Origin: Alphaproteobacteria bacterium
Lineage (GTDB): Bacteria > Pseudomonadota > Alphaproteobacteria > GCA-2731375
Direction: 5' to 3'
DNA length: 64,000 nt
NCBI GenBank assembly: GCA_965225945.1
Contig: CBDDBZ010000038.1
Span: 288,001-352,000, forward strand
Position numbers and translations under genes: made by a program. Under the pieces are notes generated by a model. It was given only the letters and a program-made list of their open reading frames with translations, was not told the origin of the DNA and did no database searches. Below, one piece after another: positions 19,661 through 29,301 of the stretch (position 1 is its first letter; every line of letters begins with the position of its first letter).

Positions 19661-20662
19661 TCAGCCGAAGGCGGCGCCCAAGGGCCGGAGCGCCGTCTCC
19701 AGCTCGGCCATGATCTTGGCCACGACCTCGCCGGCGGGCGCCACCTCCGCGATCAGGCCGGAGCCCTGGCCCGCCGCCAGCACGCCATGTTCGACGTCGC
19801 CCTCGATCCGGCCCCGGTGGCTGGCTGGCCGGCCGATCTCGATCATCTGTCGGGGGTAGGGCAGGATCTCGTGCTCTCGGCCCTCCCAGGAACGGGTGAA
19901 GGCGTTCTTGATCATCCGGTTGGGCTTGCCGGAATTGGCCAGGCTCACGATCGTGCCGTCCTCGTCGATCTCGACGATCCGATTCTTGTAGTTGATGTGG
20001 CCGCGGGCTTCCTCGGTGGCGATGAAGCGGGTCCCCATCCAGACGCCGACGGCGCCGAGCGCCAGCGCCGCCAGCAGTCCCCGACCGTCGACCAGACCGC
20101 CCGCCGCCAGCACCGGGACCGGCACCGTGTCGACCACCTTGGGCACCAGCACCATGGTGCCGACGCGCCCGACATGGCCGCCCCCCTCGTGGCCGGAGGC
20201 GATGACGATATCGACGCCGGCTGCCGCGACCCGGGCGGCCTGGCGCGAGGTGCCGACCAGCGCCATTACCGTCATGCCACGGGCGTGCGCGTCGGGGATC
20301 ACCTCGGCCGGGTTGCCCAGGCCGGAGACCAGGACCTGCAGGTCTTCCGAGAGCGTGACCTCGATGTGCTCGCGCACCTGCTCGCTATAGGCGGCCGCTT
20401 GGCCGTCGCGAGGCTCGACGCGGGCGAAGAGGATGTCGACGCCGAGCGGATTGTCGGTCATCTCGCGCGCCATCCCGATCTCGCGCCGAAGCTCCTCGCC
20501 GCTCATGAAGGCGGAGCCGATGACGCCGAGCCCGCCGGCGGCCGAGACCGCGCCGGCGAGCCGGCCGTGCGCGACCTGGAACATGCCGGCCTGGGCGATC
20601 GGATACTTGATGCCGAGCTTGCGGCAAAACGGATTTTCGGACAGCAGCGAATCGAGATCCAT
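19661..20662 (-). CDS. Nitronate monooxygenase / 2-nitropropane dioxygenase (FabK-like) flavoprotein
   Basis: PIAQAGM, AVSAAGGLGVIG, GHEGGGH, LAAGGLVDGRG, GVWMGTRF, AGQGSGLI. Confidence 0.9.
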   Translation of the reverse strand: MDLDSLLSENPFCRKLGIKYPIAQAGMFQVAHGRLAGAVSAAGGLGVIGSAFMSGEELRREIGMAREMTDNPLGVDILFARVEPRDGQAAAYSEQVREHIEVTLSEDLQVLVSGLGNPAEVIPDAHARGMTVMALVGTSRQAARVAAAGVDIVIASGHEGGGHVGRVGTMVLVPKVVDTVPVPVLAAGGLVDGRGLLAALALGAVGVWMGTRFIATEEARGHINYKNRIVEIDEDGTIVSLANSGKPNRMIKNAFTRSWEGREHEILPYPRQMIEIGRPASHRGRIEGDVEHGVLAAGQGSGLIAEVAPAGEVVAKIMAELETALRPLGAAFG

Positions 20663-20701
20663 GGTCTCCCCTTTCTCGCGACGTCGTGCCGGCCCCTCGC
20701 C

Positions 20702-21919
20702 CTACCCCAGACGATGTCGTTGCGCGCGGGGAATGAGAAACAAGCTCGCAAGCTGCGCCAGCGCCTCGTCGTCGCCCGCGAGCAAACGCTGGCTCGCCCG
20801 CAACAAGGCCGCGCCGATCCAGGTCTCGCCCCAGAACCAATCGGCCAGATCGCGCGAGGTCGCGGCTCCGGGACGCGCGGTGACGGCCTCGGTGTACCAG
20901 GCCCTGAGATCCTCAACGGCGAGCTTCAGATGCTCCGCCAGGGGCGTCCGGGGATCGGGGTTCTCCGGCAAGCCCTCGACGAACGAGACGGCGAAGCGGG
21001 CCGCATCCTCGATTGTGCGGCCGCTCAAGCCGAATGTCGTGCGTCCACGCCTTTCGAGCGCGTGGGCGTACCAGGGTGCGAGTTTGCCGATCTCCGCGAT
21101 TACCGCCGCCGCGAGATCGGTGGTTTCCGCCACTCTCGCTGGCGACAGATCGATCGGACAGACCCAGCCCGGGCCGTCGTCCGCCGGACCCGCCGGTGCG
21201 TCGACGGAATAGTCGCGCAGCAGAACCGGACCCACCTCGGACTCCAGCAGAGAGAGCGCCGCGCGGACGACGGCACCCTGGAACGCCGCGTCGCCCGGAG
21301 CCCCGAAGGGGCGGCCCAACTCGAAGGGCACCCAGAGCGCGCGGGGTGGACGGATTGCCTCGACGTGCTCGCGCACGAGGCCGATCAGCACCGTCGCGAT
21401 GCCCTCGTCCTCCAGGAAGTGACCGAGACCGCTCACGGCGGTCGTGCAGTTGGGTCAGACCGGACATAGCAGGACGGCGTTGACCCGGTCCTCCTTCAGC
21501 AGCCCCGCCACCTCGCGCGCCGTCGCCTCGAGCTGATGGGGGCGGATCGCCGCGCCCATGAAGCTGTAATGCAGGTTCGCCAGCGAGCCGATCTCGCCCG
21601 CCACCGCCATCTCGCGCAGGCGGTCGATCGGAAACACGACGTTCACGTCCTGCTGAAAGCCGCTCCGGTCGAAGTTGACCGAGGTATGCCCCATCAACAG
21701 CTCGTCGCCGGTGGTATCGCCCGCGATCACCCGATAGCTCGCGTCCGACAGCGCGAAATGCCGCTCGCCGCGCGGCAGCAGCCCCGCCGTCGTCACCAGA
21801 GCCACGCGCCGCTCGGCCAGCGGTGGGCCGCTTACCCAGGGTGTCGTCTCGAAGGCAACGCAGGGAATAGCCCGGTAAGCAGCGGCCAAGTCCTCTTCGA
21901 GGTCCGCCAACCTAACCAT
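20702..21919 (-). CDS. Selenoprotein of the GrdB/PrdB (reductase selenoprotein B) family with a C-terminal extra domain; Sec at 21455-21457; 405 aa
   Basis: RVALVTTAG...DVNVVFPIDRL...HYSFMGA...NAVLLCPV-TGA-PNCTTAVSGLGHFLEDEGIATV...RPPRALWVPFELGRPFG; frame continuous through TGA, giving UxxC. Confidence 0.9.
21427..21443 (-). promoter_or_regulatory. Bacterial SECIS-like hairpin
   Basis: GACCGC-CGUGA-GCGGUC starting 11 nt after the UGA, G at loop position 2. Confidence 0.75.
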
Positions 21920-21941
21920 GGCTAGTCACTCCCCTCTCCCC

Positions 21942-22976
21942 CTAGCCGCTCGCCTCGAGCCGGTAGACCCGGCTCGCCGTGTCGTGGAAGAGGGCGGCCT
22001 TCTCGTCGGCGGAACAGCCGGCGGCGATCCGCTTGAAGCTGTTCCACAGCACGCCATAAGAGCAGCTCAGCTTGTCGACGGGGAAGTTGCTCTCGAACAG
22101 GCAGCGTTCGGGACCGAAGCGCTCGATCACATGTTCGTACCAGCGCCGCGTCGCCGCCGCCAGCGCCTCCGAGCTCGGCGGCTTCTCTCGGCTGTGCCAG
22201 CCGAAGCCGTTGATCCGCATATTGATGCCGCCGAGCTTGGCGACCACGTTGGGGCATTCCGCGATGGCGTCGATCCGGGGCTTCCAGGCCTCGAAGATCT
22301 CTTCCCGCTTGCCGGCGAAGGGGCCGACGCCGAGCGGGCCACCGAAGTGGTTTAGGATCATCGTGGTCTCGGGGAAGGCCTTGGCCAAGGGCGGCACGTC
22401 GGCCAACTGGGGATGGTAGAGCCAGGTCTCGAAGGAGAGGCCGAGCGGCGCCAGATGGCGGAAGCCCTCGCGGAAAATGCTGTCGTGGAACAGTTCGGGC
22501 GGCGGATTGGAGAGCGAATTGTGGACCGTATCGGTCTCGACCCATGCGGCGCCGTGACGAATGCCCCTGAAGCGGCCGCAGCCCGCCTCGATCAGCGCCT
22601 CCAGCACCGCCTTGGCGCCGTCGCCCCGTCGCAGATCGGCGTGACCGACGATGCCGGCGGCGACCCGGGTGGGCCCGTAGAGCCCGGAAGCGCTCATCGC
22701 CGCGATGCCGCCCGCGAACTCGACCTCGCCGACGGTCCGCATTTCGGGCGCGACGTCGGCGCCGTACATCGCGGCGCATTCGATGTAGACGGTGGAGACG
22801 ATATTGTGGCCGCTGGCGAGGTCGGCCAGCAGATCGTCCAGTAGATAGCGCTCCTGGACCTGGACGCCGGGATACTTGACGTCCCAGAGATGATGGTGGG
22901 AATCGCAGATCGGCAGCTCGGGCTCCAAGGCCGCTTCCACGACCTGATCGAGCCAGGCTTGATTGGCGGATGTCAC
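21942..22976 (-). CDS. Amidohydrolase_2-family metal-dependent hydrolase
   Basis: CDSHHHLW, RFRGIRH, ILNHFGGP, FGPERCLFESNFPVD; GTG start after GAGGAGG. Confidence 0.9.
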   Translation of the reverse strand: MTSANQAWLDQVVEAALEPELPICDSHHHLWDVKYPGVQVQERYLLDDLLADLASGHNIVSTVYIECAAMYGADVAPEMRTVGEVEFAGGIAAMSASGLYGPTRVAAGIVGHADLRRGDGAKAVLEALIEAGCGRFRGIRHGAAWVETDTVHNSLSNPPPELFHDSIFREGFRHLAPLGLSFETWLYHPQLADVPPLAKAFPETTMILNHFGGPLGVGPFAGKREEIFEAWKPRIDAIAECPNVVAKLGGINMRINGFGWHSREKPPSSEALAAATRRWYEHVIERFGPERCLFESNFPVDKLSCSYGVLWNSFKRIAAGCSADEKAALFHDTASRVYRLEASG

Positions 22977-23105
22977 GATCGATTCCTCCTCGCCGGCGAG
23001 TCCATGGCGGGCCGGAGCATAGGCGAGGGCGGTGATGTTGGCCAAGCCGGTGGGGAGCGGGGTGGCGGCGGCGGGCGCGACATCGCTCTCGCCGGCCGCG
23101 CGGGG

Positions 23106-24248
23106 CTATCGCCCTCGTGACGGCAGGCGCACCAGCGCGGTCGCCTTGGCGGAGAGTTCGCCGTCCTGGTTGCGGGCTTCCTGGCGGATCGCCACCGCTG
23201 GGTGGCCCTCGTCCTCCAGCTTGCCGGTAACCTCGCCGGTGATGAAGAGCGTGTCGCCTTCGGGGTTGTGGCGGCGGATCTCCGAGCGGTGGTGGCGGAG
23301 GAAGCCGTCGTCGCCCATCCAGTCGGTCAGCTGGTGGGTCAGCCAGGAGCAGCGCTCGGGCCCGTAGTCGTAGGCCGCCGGCGCGCCGACCTCGCGGGCG
23401 AACTCGCTCTCCCAATGGACCCGCTCCGGGCAGTCAGGAATGCCGTACTTGTTGGCGATGCCGAGCCCGGGGTGCAGCGTCACCTGGCGCCAGGCGAGCT
23501 TGTGGGCACGGATGTAGAGGCCGCCCCAGCCTTGCGCGTAGGCGATGAAGCCGGTCACCGTCATCGGCCCCTTGACCATCACCGGCAACCTCTCGCCCAC
23601 CTCCACCTCCTCGATGAAGCGCGGCTCGGGCCCCCGGACCTCGGCCTCGGCGTAGTGGCGGAAGATCTCCGCCAGCTCCGCCTCGGTGTAGCGGTGCGGC
23701 GGCTTCGCCTTCACGTCGGCGTATTTGGTGCCTTCCTCGCGGGCCTGGTCGCGATTCGTGCGGAAGCACCAACTGTCGCCCTGGGCCAGCAGGTCGCCCT
23801 CGCGATCACGGAAATCGACGTGATAGATCTGCCGCACGGCGCGCCCGGCGAAGCGGGTCTGGTGCTCGATCAGGTCCTTGAGCCAGGCCTCGGTCCGGAC
23901 CTCCGTGTTGCGCGCGATCGCCCGATGCCAGGTGAATTCGGCGCCGGCCCACATCGCGTGCACCCCCGGCAGGCCGCCGACATAGCCGCTGATGATGCGG
24001 GAGAGCGCGAAGAGGAAGCTCGGCGGGGCGACGACGTCGCCATGTTTGGTGCCCCGCGCGTAGGCCGGATCGCACCACAGCGGATTGTCGTCGCCGATGC
24101 CGTGGGCGTAGTGGCGGATCGCATCGCGCGTCGCCTCATGGCACCAGGGCTCCAGCGTATCCTCGATTTTCCGCCCGATCCGCTGACGCAGTGCCTCCAG
24201 CGCCGCCTCGGTGATCCTCGGGTAGCGGCGTTCAAACGTCTCGGCCAT
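23106..24248 (-). CDS. MaoC/FAS1-like double hot-dog acyl-CoA dehydratase
   Basis: DAIRHYAHGIGDDNPLW, APPSF, ERVHWE...AYDYGPER...WMGDDG. Confidence 0.85.
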   Translation of the reverse strand: MAETFERRYPRITEAALEALRQRIGRKIEDTLEPWCHEATRDAIRHYAHGIGDDNPLWCDPAYARGTKHGDVVAPPSFLFALSRIISGYVGGLPGVHAMWAGAEFTWHRAIARNTEVRTEAWLKDLIEHQTRFAGRAVRQIYHVDFRDREGDLLAQGDSWCFRTNRDQAREEGTKYADVKAKPPHRYTEAELAEIFRHYAEAEVRGPEPRFIEEVEVGERLPVMVKGPMTVTGFIAYAQGWGGLYIRAHKLAWRQVTLHPGLGIANKYGIPDCPERVHWESEFAREVGAPAAYDYGPERCSWLTHQLTDWMGDDGFLRHHRSEIRRHNPEGDTLFITGEVTGKLEDEGHPAVAIRQEARNQDGELSAKATALVRLPSRGR

Positions 24249-25824
24249 GACCGTCCTCCACGCTGAAGATCTCCGCCGGATGTCCGCCTTCGGCCTCGCG
24301 TCCGCGTAAGGTCGAGCGATTGACCTTTCCCGCCTCGGTCTTCGGCAAGCGGGCCGAGAAGGCGACCAAGCGCGGATATTCGTGCCGGCCGAGCCGCGCG
24401 CGGGCGAGTTCCCGCAATTCCAGCGCGAAGCCCATGTCGGGCGCCCTGTCGCTGACGATGAAGGCCTTGACGATCTGGCCCCGGGCGGCGTCGGCGACGC
24501 CGATCGCCGCCGCCTCGGCCACATCGGCGTGCTTCAGCAGCGCATCCTCGATCTCCACCGCGCTCATCGTCCAGCCGGCGGAGATGATCACGTCGTCGGC
24601 CCGGCCGTCGTGATAGAAGTAGCCGTCGACGTCGGTATGGGCTCGGTCCTTGGTCGCGATCCATTTGCTCCGACGGCGTACCATGATCTCGCCGACCACC
24701 CCGGGCGGGCATTCCCGGCCCTCGGAATCGTGGATCCGGACGTCGAGCCCCGGCATCGGCTTGCCGAGGGAACCGGGCCGGACCTCGATGTCGTCCGCGC
24801 CCGGATAATTGCCGAGGATCACGCCCACCTCGGTGGTGCCGTACATGGAACACACGGCCACGCCGAAGGCGGCCAGCGCGAAGGCGGCCGTGGCGCCGTC
24901 GATCGGCTCCCCGGTGAAGGAGAGCTTGCGAAGCGCATGGCGAAACGCGCCGGCCCGGCCCGAGGTGCGCATCATCCGATAGTGGGTCGCGGCGGCGGAG
25001 AGGTTCTCGACGCCATGCGCCGCCAGCACTTCCAGATAGCGCGCCGGATCGAACGGTCCGGCCCAGGCGCTCAAGGAGGCGCCGAGGCCGAGCGGGCCGA
25101 GCGTGCCGTGCCACAGCCCGTGGCCCCAGGCGGGCGAAGAGGGGCAGGCGAAGACCTCGCCTGGCCTGACGCCGGTGGCGTAGAGCGCCGCGACCGCCAC
25201 CGTCACCACCGCCTGATGGGTGTGGCGTACCGCCTCCGGCAACTGCCGTGTGGTGCCGGAGGTGTACTGCAACATCGCCAAGTCGCTTGGCCCCGTCGCC
25301 CAGGCGAACTCGGACGGTCGTGCCGCCACCTCGCCCATGAAGGCATCGCCGCACGCGACCACCTCGAAGTCGGCTCGGCCCCTGGCCCGGTCGGCCAGCA
25401 CCGGCTCGATCAGCAGCAGCCGGGGCGCGCAATCGTCGAGCCGGGCGGCCAGCGCGTCGGTGCCAAAGAGGGTGAAGAGCGGTACCGCCACCGCGCCCGC
25501 CTTCATCGTGCCCAGCAGGCTCATGTAGAAGGCGCGGCCCGGCTCCAGCATGATCGCCACCCGCTCGCCCGGCGGGACGCCGCGGGCTGCGAGCCAATTG
25601 GCGAAGCGCCCGGCATCGTCGGCGAGATCGTCCAGGGCGATGGTCTCGTCCGCCCGGTCCAGGCCGGCGATGCGGATCGAGAGGCTCTTGCCGCGATGGC
25701 GGTCGAGGCATTCGTGCGCGATGTTGAGGCGTTCCCGATTGCCGTCGAACAGGGCCCAGAGCGCGTCGCGCGAGAAGTGCAGCTGAGCCCCGGCATGGCT
25801 CGAAAGGTCGGTCAGAGGGATCAT
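24232..25824 (-). CDS. AMP-binding acyl-CoA synthetase
   Basis: YTSGTT, YGTTEVG, GRADDVIISAG, LPKTEAGKV. Confidence 0.9.
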   Translation of the reverse strand: MIPLTDLSSHAGAQLHFSRDALWALFDGNRERLNIAHECLDRHRGKSLSIRIAGLDRADETIALDDLADDAGRFANWLAARGVPPGERVAIMLEPGRAFYMSLLGTMKAGAVAVPLFTLFGTDALAARLDDCAPRLLLIEPVLADRARGRADFEVVACGDAFMGEVAARPSEFAWATGPSDLAMLQYTSGTTRQLPEAVRHTHQAVVTVAVAALYATGVRPGEVFACPSSPAWGHGLWHGTLGPLGLGASLSAWAGPFDPARYLEVLAAHGVENLSAAATHYRMMRTSGRAGAFRHALRKLSFTGEPIDGATAAFALAAFGVAVCSMYGTTEVGVILGNYPGADDIEVRPGSLGKPMPGLDVRIHDSEGRECPPGVVGEIMVRRRSKWIATKDRAHTDVDGYFYHDGRADDVIISAGWTMSAVEIEDALLKHADVAEAAAIGVADAARGQIVKAFIVSDRAPDMGFALELRELARARLGRHEYPRLVAFSARLPKTEAGKVNRSTLRGREAEGGHPAEIFSVEDGHGRDV

Positions 25825-25982
25825 GTCGAAACTCGATTGGGCCACGTCGGAGGCGGTGAAAGCGGAATTTAGCGGATTTTTCCCGGCCGTCGAGTGCGCG
25901 GTCCGAGGCCAAGCGGGCCGGCGTCCGCTTTCTTCGTTTCCACGGCTCTGGCATCATGGCGGGCGGAGCATGGAGAGGACGC

Positions 25983-26636
25983 ATGGCACAACGGCAACGG
26001 TCCCGGCTCGGCCGGCCTCGCTTGGGGCCAGTGCTGGCGGCGCTGGTCGTGGCGCTGATGGCGGCCTACATGTTCCACCTCTCCGGCGGCATGGCGGGCG
26101 AGTTCCGAAGCCATGCCGGCGAATTTCTGGTGGCCGACGAATCGATGCCCGACGGCCGCTTTCGCCAGAGCGTCATCTTGATGATCCGCCATGACGAGGA
26201 GGGCGCCTTGGGCGTGATCGTCAACAAGCCGCTCGCCGTGGACGCCAAGATCCCGCTCTGGGCGCTGATCGGCGAGCTGGACGACAAGGGCCCGGAATAC
26301 CAGAAGGAAGTCGCGCTCAATTTCGGCGGGCCGGTCGACCGGCGACGGCTCTTCGTGGTGCACGACGACAGTTACGCGAACGAGGGCACGATCCGGCTCT
26401 CGGCCGGGTTGGCGGCGACGCTCACCGCGGCACCCGTGCACGACATCGCGAAGGGCGAGGGACCGAGTCAGCTGTTGCTGACGCTCGGCTACGCCGGTTG
26501 GGGACCGGGTCAGCTCGAGTTCGAGATTGCGCGGGGAAGTTGGCACTGGGTGGCGGCCGACGCCGAAATGGTGTTCGGCGGCGCGGATACGCAGAAGTGG
26601 ACGCGCGCCTACGCCCGGCGCGGGATCGATCTTTAA
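25983..26636 (+). CDS. YqgE/AlgH-family protein with N-terminal TM/signal segment
   Basis: FLVA...MPDGRFRQSVI, GALGVIVNKP, FGGPV, LGYAGWGPGQLEFEI. Confidence 0.88.
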   Translation: MAQRQRSRLGRPRLGPVLAALVVALMAAYMFHLSGGMAGEFRSHAGEFLVADESMPDGRFRQSVILMIRHDEEGALGVIVNKPLAVDAKIPLWALIGELDDKGPEYQKEVALNFGGPVDRRRLFVVHDDSYANEGTIRLSAGLAATLTAAPVHDIAKGEGPSQLLLTLGYAGWGPGQLEFEIARGSWHWVAADAEMVFGGADTQKWTRAYARRGIDL

Positions 26637-26653
26637 TGGATAGAATCCACTAG
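26634..26653. repeat. Collapsed footprint of the CTAGTGGATAGAATCCAA MITE family
   Basis: TAATGGATAGAATCCACTAG = left-end start fused to right-end finish through the shared ATCCA. Confidence 0.55.
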
Positions 26654-26675
26654 GGTTGGCGCCGAAGGGAGGGTG

Positions 26676-27050
26676 ATGCGACAGCTACGAATGCTGATCG
26701 GGGACGTGGTGCTCCGGGCAGACCTGCTGGAGACGCCGACGGCGGAGGCGATCTGGGCGGCGCTGCCGTTCGAATCGCGCGCCAGCACCTGGGGCGACGA
26801 GGTCTATTTCCAGACCCCCCTCGCGCTCGACGCTGAGGCCGATGCCCGCACCGTGGTGGAGCTGGGGGAGATCGCCTTCTGGCTCGCCGGCAACTGCATC
26901 GCCATCTGTTTCGGCCCGACTCCGGTGAGCCACGGCGAGGAGTCGCGGCTGGCGAGCCCCGGCAACGTCTGGGCCCACGCGGTGGACGATGTCGGCCTGC
27001 TGGCCCGGGTGGCCGACGGCGACGGCGTGCGCGTCGAGGCAACGGAATAG
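26676..27050 (+). CDS. Cyclophilin-like fold protein
   Basis: TPTAEAIWAALP, WGDEVYF, GEIAFW...ICFGPTP. Confidence 0.85.
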   Translation: MRQLRMLIGDVVLRADLLETPTAEAIWAALPFESRASTWGDEVYFQTPLALDAEADARTVVELGEIAFWLAGNCIAICFGPTPVSHGEESRLASPGNVWAHAVDDVGLLARVADGDGVRVEATE

Positions 27051-27063
27051 GGGGCCGGGAGCG

Positions 27064-27354
27064 ATGACGGAGGAACCAGGCCGCGCGATCGACCCGGAAC
27101 GCGTGGCGGTGGCGTGGCGGAGCCGCGGCTATTCCTGCCACCGCATGGTCGATCCGCCGGGCCAGTGCTGGCGCGATTTCGTCCACGCCGAGAACGAGTT
27201 GCTCGTCGTCGTCGAAGGTCGCCTCGAGCTCGAGGTCGAAGGCCAAATCCGGGAGGTCGGCCCGGGCGAGGAAGTCTTCATCCCCGCCCGCGCCCGCCAC
27301 ACCGTGCGAAACACCCACCAGGCCCCGACCCACTGGCTCTTCGGCTACGATTGA
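27064..27354 (+). CDS. Cupin-domain protein
   Basis: HAENELLVVVEG...PGEEVFIPARARHTV. Confidence 0.85.
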   Translation: MTEEPGRAIDPERVAVAWRSRGYSCHRMVDPPGQCWRDFVHAENELLVVVEGRLELEVEGQIREVGPGEEVFIPARARHTVRNTHQAPTHWLFGYD

Positions 27355-27444
27355 TACCAAGCGACATAGAGCACGATCGCCCTACGCAAGGCGGGCCGCG
27401 GCTGCTATGTTGAGGCCTCGTCAAAAGAGCGCGGAGAAGACCCC

Positions 27445-28467
27445 ATGAGCGAGATCGCAAGCTTCGTCGATTCGACCGAGTTCAGCGACGATGGCCCGGC
27501 GCTGGCGGCCCGTCTGGCGGAAGACGGCTATCTCTTTCTGCGGGGTCTGCTGCCGCGCGACGAGGTGATGGCGGTCCGCGCCCGCCTGCTGGAGCTGGCG
27601 GCGGCCGGCGGCTGGCTCGATCCCGACCAGCCGGTCGAGGCCGGCATCGCGCGGCCCGAGGCCGCCTGCAAGGACCCCGAGCCCGAATTCCTCCGCGTCT
27701 ACGGGCCGATGTGGAAGGACGAGGCGTTGCACGGGCTGCGCCTGCACCCCGACGTCACCGGTCTGTTCGAGCGGATCCTGGGCGAGGCGGTGTTGACCCA
27801 CCCGATGTTCGTCCTGCGCAGCATCTTCCCGCAACGCGAGAACTTCGATTTCACCACCGGCATGCACCAGGACAAGGTGCATATCGGCGGGGCCACCAAC
27901 CACGCGCTCTGGGTCCCGATCGGCGATTGCCCGAGGGAGAAGGGCTCGCTCGCCGTCGCCGCCGGCTCGCACAAGGCGGGCGTGCTCGATTTCGAGGTCG
28001 GCTCCGGCGCCGGCGGCATGAGCCTCGTCGGCCAGATCCCCGGCACCTGGGTCGGCGGCGACTTCGAGGCGGGCGACGGGCTGATCTTCTCCGATACCAC
28101 CGTGCACAAGGCACTCCCCAACCGGAGCGGCGAAATCAGGCAGTCCTTCGATGCCCGCTACCAGGCGGCGAGCCAGCCGATCGCCGAGCGCGAGCTGAAG
28201 ACCTATGCCGACATGTTCGCCTGGGAGGAGGTCTACGAGGGCTGGGAATCGAGCGAGCATCGATACTACTGGCGGAAGCTCGAGCCCCGGATCATGCCCT
28301 TCGACAACAGCTATTACGAGCGCCGCGACACCATGGCCTTCGAGATGGCGGCCCGCGGCGAGACGGCGGCGCGCGACGCGCTCCTCAGGATCATCCAGCG
28401 CGACAGCGATGGCGACAAACGAGCTCGCGCAAGGGCCTTGCTCGCCAGGCTCGACGCCGCCGCCTGA
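27445..28467 (+). CDS. Phytanoyl-CoA dioxygenase (PhyH) family Fe/2OG dioxygenase
   Basis: DGYLFLRGLL, HQD, WVPIGD, GSHK, TVHKALPN, RQSFDARY. Confidence 0.88.
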   Translation: MSEIASFVDSTEFSDDGPALAARLAEDGYLFLRGLLPRDEVMAVRARLLELAAAGGWLDPDQPVEAGIARPEAACKDPEPEFLRVYGPMWKDEALHGLRLHPDVTGLFERILGEAVLTHPMFVLRSIFPQRENFDFTTGMHQDKVHIGGATNHALWVPIGDCPREKGSLAVAAGSHKAGVLDFEVGSGAGGMSLVGQIPGTWVGGDFEAGDGLIFSDTTVHKALPNRSGEIRQSFDARYQAASQPIAERELKTYADMFAWEEVYEGWESSEHRYYWRKLEPRIMPFDNSYYERRDTMAFEMAARGETAARDALLRIIQRDSDGDKRARARALLARLDAAA

Positions 28468-28504
28468 GCGGGCGGGCCTGGAAGACGGGGCGGGACTCGC
28501 CCAG

Positions 28505-29182
28505 ATGCCGGGATTTTCGAGGCGCGCCTTCCTGACGCTGGGCGGCGCCGGCCTGCTGGCCTCCTGCGATACCGGCTACGACGATTTCCAGTTTGCCGCG
28601 ATCAAGCAGTACTACGATGTCTATTTCGCCCGGGACGAGGGGCTGCCGATCACGCGCGAGCAGATCGAGAAGCAACCCTATGCGATGATCCATCTGCGGA
28701 CCCCTGGCAATGCCGGCGCGGTGCTGGTGCTGGCCCGGGTCTGGGGGCGAGAGTTGCACTGGATCTCGGCCGACCGGAACATCGTCGCCACCCTCGACGG
28801 TCGGCCGGTCCGCACCGTCGGCCTGCCGGAGAACATCCGCGAGACCCGCTCCCTCGGCGTCGATCCGGTGGCGAGCGGCCTGCATCGCATCACCGCCGGC
28901 ACCAAGGCCAAGCGGATCATGGATTTCGACGACGAGCAGCGTTACGGCCGCATCGTGACATCGCGTTACACGCCCATCGAGCGCCAGAAGGTCACCATCG
29001 CCGATCTCACCTACGACCTGCTCCTCGTCGTCGAGCGGAACCGGATCGCGGCCGACGACTGGGAGTTCGAGAACCGCTTCTGGGTCGACCCCGACAACGG
29101 CTTCGTCTGGAAGAGCCTGCAGCACGTCAGCCCCCACTTCGACCCCTTCGAGATCGCGGTGTTGAAGCCGGCCGCGATCTGA
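28505..29182 (+). CDS. YjbF/GfcB-like lipoprotein with Tat-type signal
   Basis: SRRAFL twin-arginine plus LLASC lipobox; PYA...WISAD...GRPVRTVGL; ENRFWVD...VWKSLQHVSP. Confidence 0.7.
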   Translation: MPGFSRRAFLTLGGAGLLASCDTGYDDFQFAAIKQYYDVYFARDEGLPITREQIEKQPYAMIHLRTPGNAGAVLVLARVWGRELHWISADRNIVATLDGRPVRTVGLPENIRETRSLGVDPVASGLHRITAGTKAKRIMDFDDEQRYGRIVTSRYTPIERQKVTIADLTYDLLLVVERNRIAADDWEFENRFWVDPDNGFVWKSLQHVSPHFDPFEIAVLKPAAI

Positions 29183-29301
29183 GGCGCCCTGCCCCGGATG
29201 GCGTGGCGTCTGGACGCCGCGCTCGTGGAAGGGCTTGAATTGCCCGCCACGGACCCGACAATGGCGCCACCTACGAATGGCCCGAGGCGGGGAGAACAGC
29301 A

